In this document: piece after piece, positions 44,632-47,908 of the stretch
How the letters are laid out: each line of letters begins with the position of its first letter
Numbering within the stretch: the stretch's first letter is position 1
Source of the DNA: a virus
Lineage: Duplodnaviria > Caudoviricetes
IMG/VR virus record: IMGVR_UViG_3300005837_000307
Location: 1-47,908 of that record
Strand: one strand, 5' to 3'
Length of the DNA: 47,908 nucleotides
Program-made: the position numbers and the translations under genes
The notes under the pieces: model-generated
The model's input: the letters and a program-made list of their open reading frames with translations, nothing else
Database searches by the model: none
What the model was told of the DNA's origin: nothing

Positions 44632-45681
44632 TTATCCCTTATCACTTAAAAAATCTAAAAATAACTTTTGAGGCATTCTCAAAATAAACGTAGCATTATC
44701 TTGGAAACCAAATGATATAAGCATATCACCTGTTTCGGGATGCATAGTCATTCCAGTAACAAACTCAATATTAAAATCTTCTCCAGATACATGATCAAAG
44801 TATGTACCCATAAAGTGGAACTTACGAGAAGCATGTACAAGATTCCAGTCATTATCCCATATAATAACACGATGAGAGTAATCACCATCTTTACGACCGA
44901 ATGGATCTCTTAAAAGATTTGTTTCGTGGATAAACGCCATTCTTTGATTTTCATTAATACGAATAACTTGAGAACCACCTCGGAAATCTTTAGGAAATGG
45001 TTTACGATTCTCAAAGCTATCTTCATATACAACTTCTGTTGTATTTTCTTCAATATCAAATTTAACTACTTGAGTAGGATTACACCATTTAACAAAATGG
45101 TATGGTTCATCAATAACAGGCATCCAATTCTTTTCGCAGAAAGAAGAATTATCTCCAGGTGCTGGAATAGGATGTCGTGATTGTTCTGTCCATTGACCAT
45201 CTACAAAATCAATATGGCATAATTCCATACGACCTGTACCTTTATCATCATACGCATCACGTCGTACACCACAAAGATATAATTTGTCGTCCCATTCAAA
45301 TAAACGAGCATCTTCTAAACCAACAAAGTTCCAAGTAGGCTTGCCAGTATCAAGAGCCATATTAACTCTTTGAGCTGATTTAAGATTTAATCCATAGTCA
45401 AGCTCACACATAACATTATGTGTTGTTAGAGTTACGTCGTTTTCGGGATGAACATAGACAAGTGGTCCCCATTGATGTGGGAACTTCTTACCCTCTGAAT
45501 GATAGAGGATATAGTTAATATGTCTTATGTTTAAAAGAAGTTTGCCTTTGTGGGCAAAAATAGACGGGTTCATAATACCAGTTTCATTACCAGTTACTTC
45601 TTTTGGTAATAATACTGGATGGAGCGACCCGCCTCTTTTCAAAGCCCAAGCCGCTAAGCCACCCATATGCAAATCGTGCAT
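44632..45681 (-). CDS. Five-bladed beta-propeller glycoside hydrolase/phosphorylase-like protein (GH43/GH130-like)
   Basis: NPSI, GLEDARLF.W, CEKNWMP, RGGSQ, Y.HR...WD, IEF..G, SFG..D. Confidence 0.7.
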   Translation of the reverse strand: MHDLHMGGLAAWALKRGGSLHPVLLPKEVTGNETGIMNPSIFAHKGKLLLNIRHINYILYHSEGKKFPHQWGPLVYVHPENDVTLTTHNVMCELDYGLNLKSAQRVNMALDTGKPTWNFVGLEDARLFEWDDKLYLCGVRRDAYDDKGTGRMELCHIDFVDGQWTEQSRHPIPAPGDNSSFCEKNWMPVIDEPYHFVKWCNPTQVVKFDIEENTTEVVYEDSFENRKPFPKDFRGGSQVIRINENQRMAFIHETNLLRDPFGRKDGDYSHRVIIWDNDWNLVHASRKFHFMGTYFDHVSGEDFNIEFVTGMTMHPETGDMLISFGFQDNATFILRMPQKLFLDFLSDKG

Positions 45682-45723
45682 GTCACCTCCATAATATAAA
45701 AAGATTGATTAAGTTTATTTATC

Positions 45724-46050
45724 TTACCAAGAAGGTGAAATAGTTCTCAATCTAGTTCGTTCAACTTTAGTTACTAGCTTAGAATCAATAGAAGCAATTC
45801 CTTTTGCGGTAATTTGTGCTTCAATCCAGTTAATAACGTTTTCGGCTGTTACGTCGTTAATTGCAATAAAATCAGCAGATGCTATATTTGCATCTAGATC
45901 AGTATTGCCGACGTAACTTGATTTAATTCCATCTGCATCTTCCGCGACTCGCTTCCACTTGACGTTAACAATAGCATTCTCGAGCAGAACATCGTCTGTC
46001 CCGAGTTTGTCTGTTAAGCCAAGCTTAGATATTTTCCACGTATAATTCAC
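45724..46050 (-). CDS. Small tail-fibre-associated hypothetical protein (paralog of 46077..46463)
   Basis: Y.W.I..L...N....V.W.....D..G...Y.G...F....VT.E.VI.WI. Confidence 0.75.
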   Translation of the reverse strand: MNYTWKISKLGLTDKLGTDDVLLENAIVNVKWKRVAEDADGIKSSYVGNTDLDANIASADFIAINDVTAENVINWIEAQITAKGIASIDSKLVTKVERTRLRTISPSW

Positions 46051-46076
46051 GATAAGAATCCTTTATTAGAAATTAA

Positions 46077-46463
46077 TTACTCAGCGCCTGCAGCTTCAGG
46101 ATCAGGAGTTACTTCTTCAGTAGCCCAAGGTAGAGCAGGTTCTGTAGTAAGTTCTTCTTCGATTTGCTTGGTTAATTGTCCTTCGATGTGTTCTTTATAG
46201 CTTGCATCACCATCAACAATTGCTTGAATCCAGCCAACAACAGTTTCTTCTGTTAAGTCTTCGAAAGCTGTGAACTCGCCAGTAGGAACGTTAGCAGCAG
46301 TAAAAGGTGTTGCACCTTGCCATTCGGCTTGGTTTCCACCGTTATCAGTACCAATTACTTTCCAGTAAGTTTGTACAACTGCATTTGATAGTGTGTCTCC
46401 ATCAGCATTTACTTCGTCTTTTACTTTAAGACTAGTAACTGAATATTCTAGTGTAAGAGCCAT
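46077..46463 (-). CDS. Small tail-fibre-associated hypothetical protein
   Basis: NAVVQTYW...GTD..G....W.GATPF...F..FEDLTEE.V.GWI...LPW. Confidence 0.8.
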   Translation of the reverse strand: MALTLEYSVTSLKVKDEVNADGDTLSNAVVQTYWKVIGTDNGGNQAEWQGATPFTAANVPTGEFTAFEDLTEETVVGWIQAIVDGDASYKEHIEGQLTKQIEEELTTEPALPWATEEVTPDPEAAGAE

Positions 46464-46535
46464 TATTTTTCTCCATTTGTAAATTAACTATTAGTAGTTA
46501 GGTTTATTGGTTATTTATCTGTTCTAACTTTATCT

Positions 46536-46543
46536 TATTTATA
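46536..46543 (-). promoter_or_regulatory. T4 late promoter
   Basis: TATAAATA on the - strand upstream of 46463. Confidence 0.75.
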
Positions 46544-46547
46544 TAAA

Positions 46548-47114
46548 TTAGTTAGTGTGTAGAAATAGATCTACAGGCAAACAGAATCTTAATGAGGATG
46601 TATAGGGATTCACGTGATGATAACAGAAGCTTGGAAATATTAAGTAATCTCCAGTATCTGGCATGTGGTGAAACCTTTGAAACATAGGTCTAAACTTTTC
46701 GTCATATCCTCTATTTGCGTTTGATCTCGGATCAGTAAATACAACCTCGCCACCAAACTTCTTTTCTTCTGCAAGTAAATAATACACCGCAGATATAACA
46801 GAACCGGCGTGATTATGTATAACCATATTATAGTCTTTACCGTGCCCTGTTATCCAAGATTTTAAAGAATAACCACCCCAATCAGACAAAGGTCTACCTA
46901 CATTTCGCTGCAAGTACTCATCAAAGTTACGTAAACATAACTCTTTGAACTTGTCTATCGCTGGGTGGTCGTCATCAAATATATTAAATCCTAAAATATC
47001 AGAAATAGCGTCCATGTCGTTAAGATCATAATTACTTAAAATATAATCTAACATTTCAGGACATTCAAACTTACCTACTCCAAACGTAGTAGGCCAAAGA
47101 TCTTTATATTCCAT
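46548..47114 (-). CDS. 2OG-Fe(II) oxygenase-like protein (TIGR02466-type)
   Basis: LWPT, W.......Y...HNH....ISAVYY, G...F.DPR, P..G...IFPS..YH.V.P.....R. Confidence 0.85.
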   Translation of the reverse strand: MEYKDLWPTTFGVGKFECPEMLDYILSNYDLNDMDAISDILGFNIFDDDHPAIDKFKELCLRNFDEYLQRNVGRPLSDWGGYSLKSWITGHGKDYNMVIHNHAGSVISAVYYLLAEEKKFGGEVVFTDPRSNANRGYDEKFRPMFQRFHHMPDTGDYLIFPSFCYHHVNPYTSSLRFCLPVDLFLHTN

Positions 47115-47810
47115 TTATTTCATCACCTTTCTTTTCGCATAATATCTGCCAAAAAATGTACTAGGAAAATTATTTAGTATGCTATTATATTCTTCCATAT
47201 TGACTAAATGATTTTCTACTTTAATTGGCTTATCTGTCATAGCGTGTAATGTTGCTAATACAGTACCGTATTTTAATTCAACTTGATATTCTTCATCTTT
47301 CAAAGGGAAGACTAAAAATATATTAAGTGAATGTTGATCATAAAAATTAAGTATTCCTGGCGATACAATAATGCCGTGTTGTCTTAAATCTTCACTGTAA
47401 TGGTTTTCTGTAACCATAAATCTTGTTCTATCAGATCCTTGTACTGCCCAAGGATTTGCGAGCTTTACTGTTGCTCTACCTGGATATAAATCAGGTCCTG
47501 TTTGATCTTTTGCGTGTGTATTAATATGTTCTCGAGCTCCATTATCAGGAGCAATACAAGTTACTCTACCGTCAGGTTTTACTCTGAAAATAATATCAGT
47601 CCATAACTTAAGATGAATTGGATTGCGTATATAGTCAGCAACACCAGGGCATAACTTAATAGTTGGAACCGGTGTTTTTATTCCTGATCTCACATCAAAA
47701 TGTTCGTAAAACTTTTTAAGCTTGCTCCACCAAGATGGATTATCAACTTTATTTGTTACTGGTTGTAGGTTGAGCAATGTTCTATCAAACGTATAAAAAT
47801 CTAACTTCAT
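47115..47810 (-). CDS. Conserved hypothetical protein of phage oxygenase clusters
   Basis: P.WW..L, T.K.CPG..DY, W.D, H...Q, KL..PW, PG..NF....LN, G..L pattern. Confidence 0.7.
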   Translation of the reverse strand: MKLDFYTFDRTLLNLQPVTNKVDNPSWWSKLKKFYEHFDVRSGIKTPVPTIKLCPGVADYIRNPIHLKLWTDIIFRVKPDGRVTCIAPDNGAREHINTHAKDQTGPDLYPGRATVKLANPWAVQGSDRTRFMVTENHYSEDLRQHGIIVSPGILNFYDQHSLNIFLVFPLKDEEYQVELKYGTVLATLHAMTDKPIKVENHLVNMEEYNSILNNFPSTFFGRYYAKRKVMK

Positions 47811-47908
47811 AATTTATTTTTTTCCATATAATTAAACCACATTCTCATAATACAATCTGGAAGATCACGTTCACGATTTTTCCAATCCCATTGTGTATAA
47901 CATCTAAA
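47807..47908 (-). CDS. C-terminal fragment of a Cys-containing protein (partial)
   Basis: Reads ...FRCYTQWDWKNRERDLPDCIMRMWFNYMEKNKL* with an ATGA overlap into the next gene. Confidence 0.5.
   Translation of the reverse strand, partial: FRCYTQWDWKNRERDLPDCIMRMWFNYMEKNKL

Noticed and set aside
46548-47114. 2OG-Fe(II) oxygenase as a prolyl hydroxylase for the collagen fibre
   Set aside because: The collagen has few Y-position prolines and the genes are 30 kb apart; nothing in the sequence links them
1-47908. tRNA/rRNA genes, introns, inteins and stop-codon reassignment
   Set aside because: Intergenic gaps are short with no cloverleaf seen; core genes (gp17, gp20, gp23, ligase) are of normal length and uninterrupted; all three stop codons terminate genes

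Overview
This is a 47.9-kb segment of a lytic T4-like (Tevenvirinae-like) myophage genome, probably aquatic and infecting a proteobacterium (the host is an inference). The + strand (1-26.2 kb) carries early/metabolic genes: a cytidylyltransferase, HAD phosphomannomutase-like enzyme, peroxiredoxin, glutaredoxin, ATP-dependent ligase, GlyA, GIY-YIG nuclease, IscU, dNMP kinase, glycosyltransferase, RNase H, PhoH, exonuclease, DenV-like glycosylase, DUF932 protein, APS-kinase-like module and DsbA. It also holds a PAAR/collagen-fibre island and an array of small ORFs, most behind near-identical TTGACA-N17-TATAAT promoters. The - strand (26.3-47.9 kb) carries the T4 morphogenesis block gp13-gp23, driven by TATAAATA late promoters and preceded by virion accessory genes and a late glycan/protein-modification cluster. 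The most notable signals are: (i) a 490-aa prohead-core protein that looks like a capsid-targeted polyprotein of modules separated by gp21-type cleavage sites; (ii) promoter-bounded gene cassettes with exact repeats and an apparently empty cassette; (iii) an orphan perfect sigma70 promoter firing antisense inside the late region; (iv) hairpin/late-promoter switches; and (v) a gp15 carrying a lectin-like domain. All calls come from motif recognition by eye; no database searches were run.
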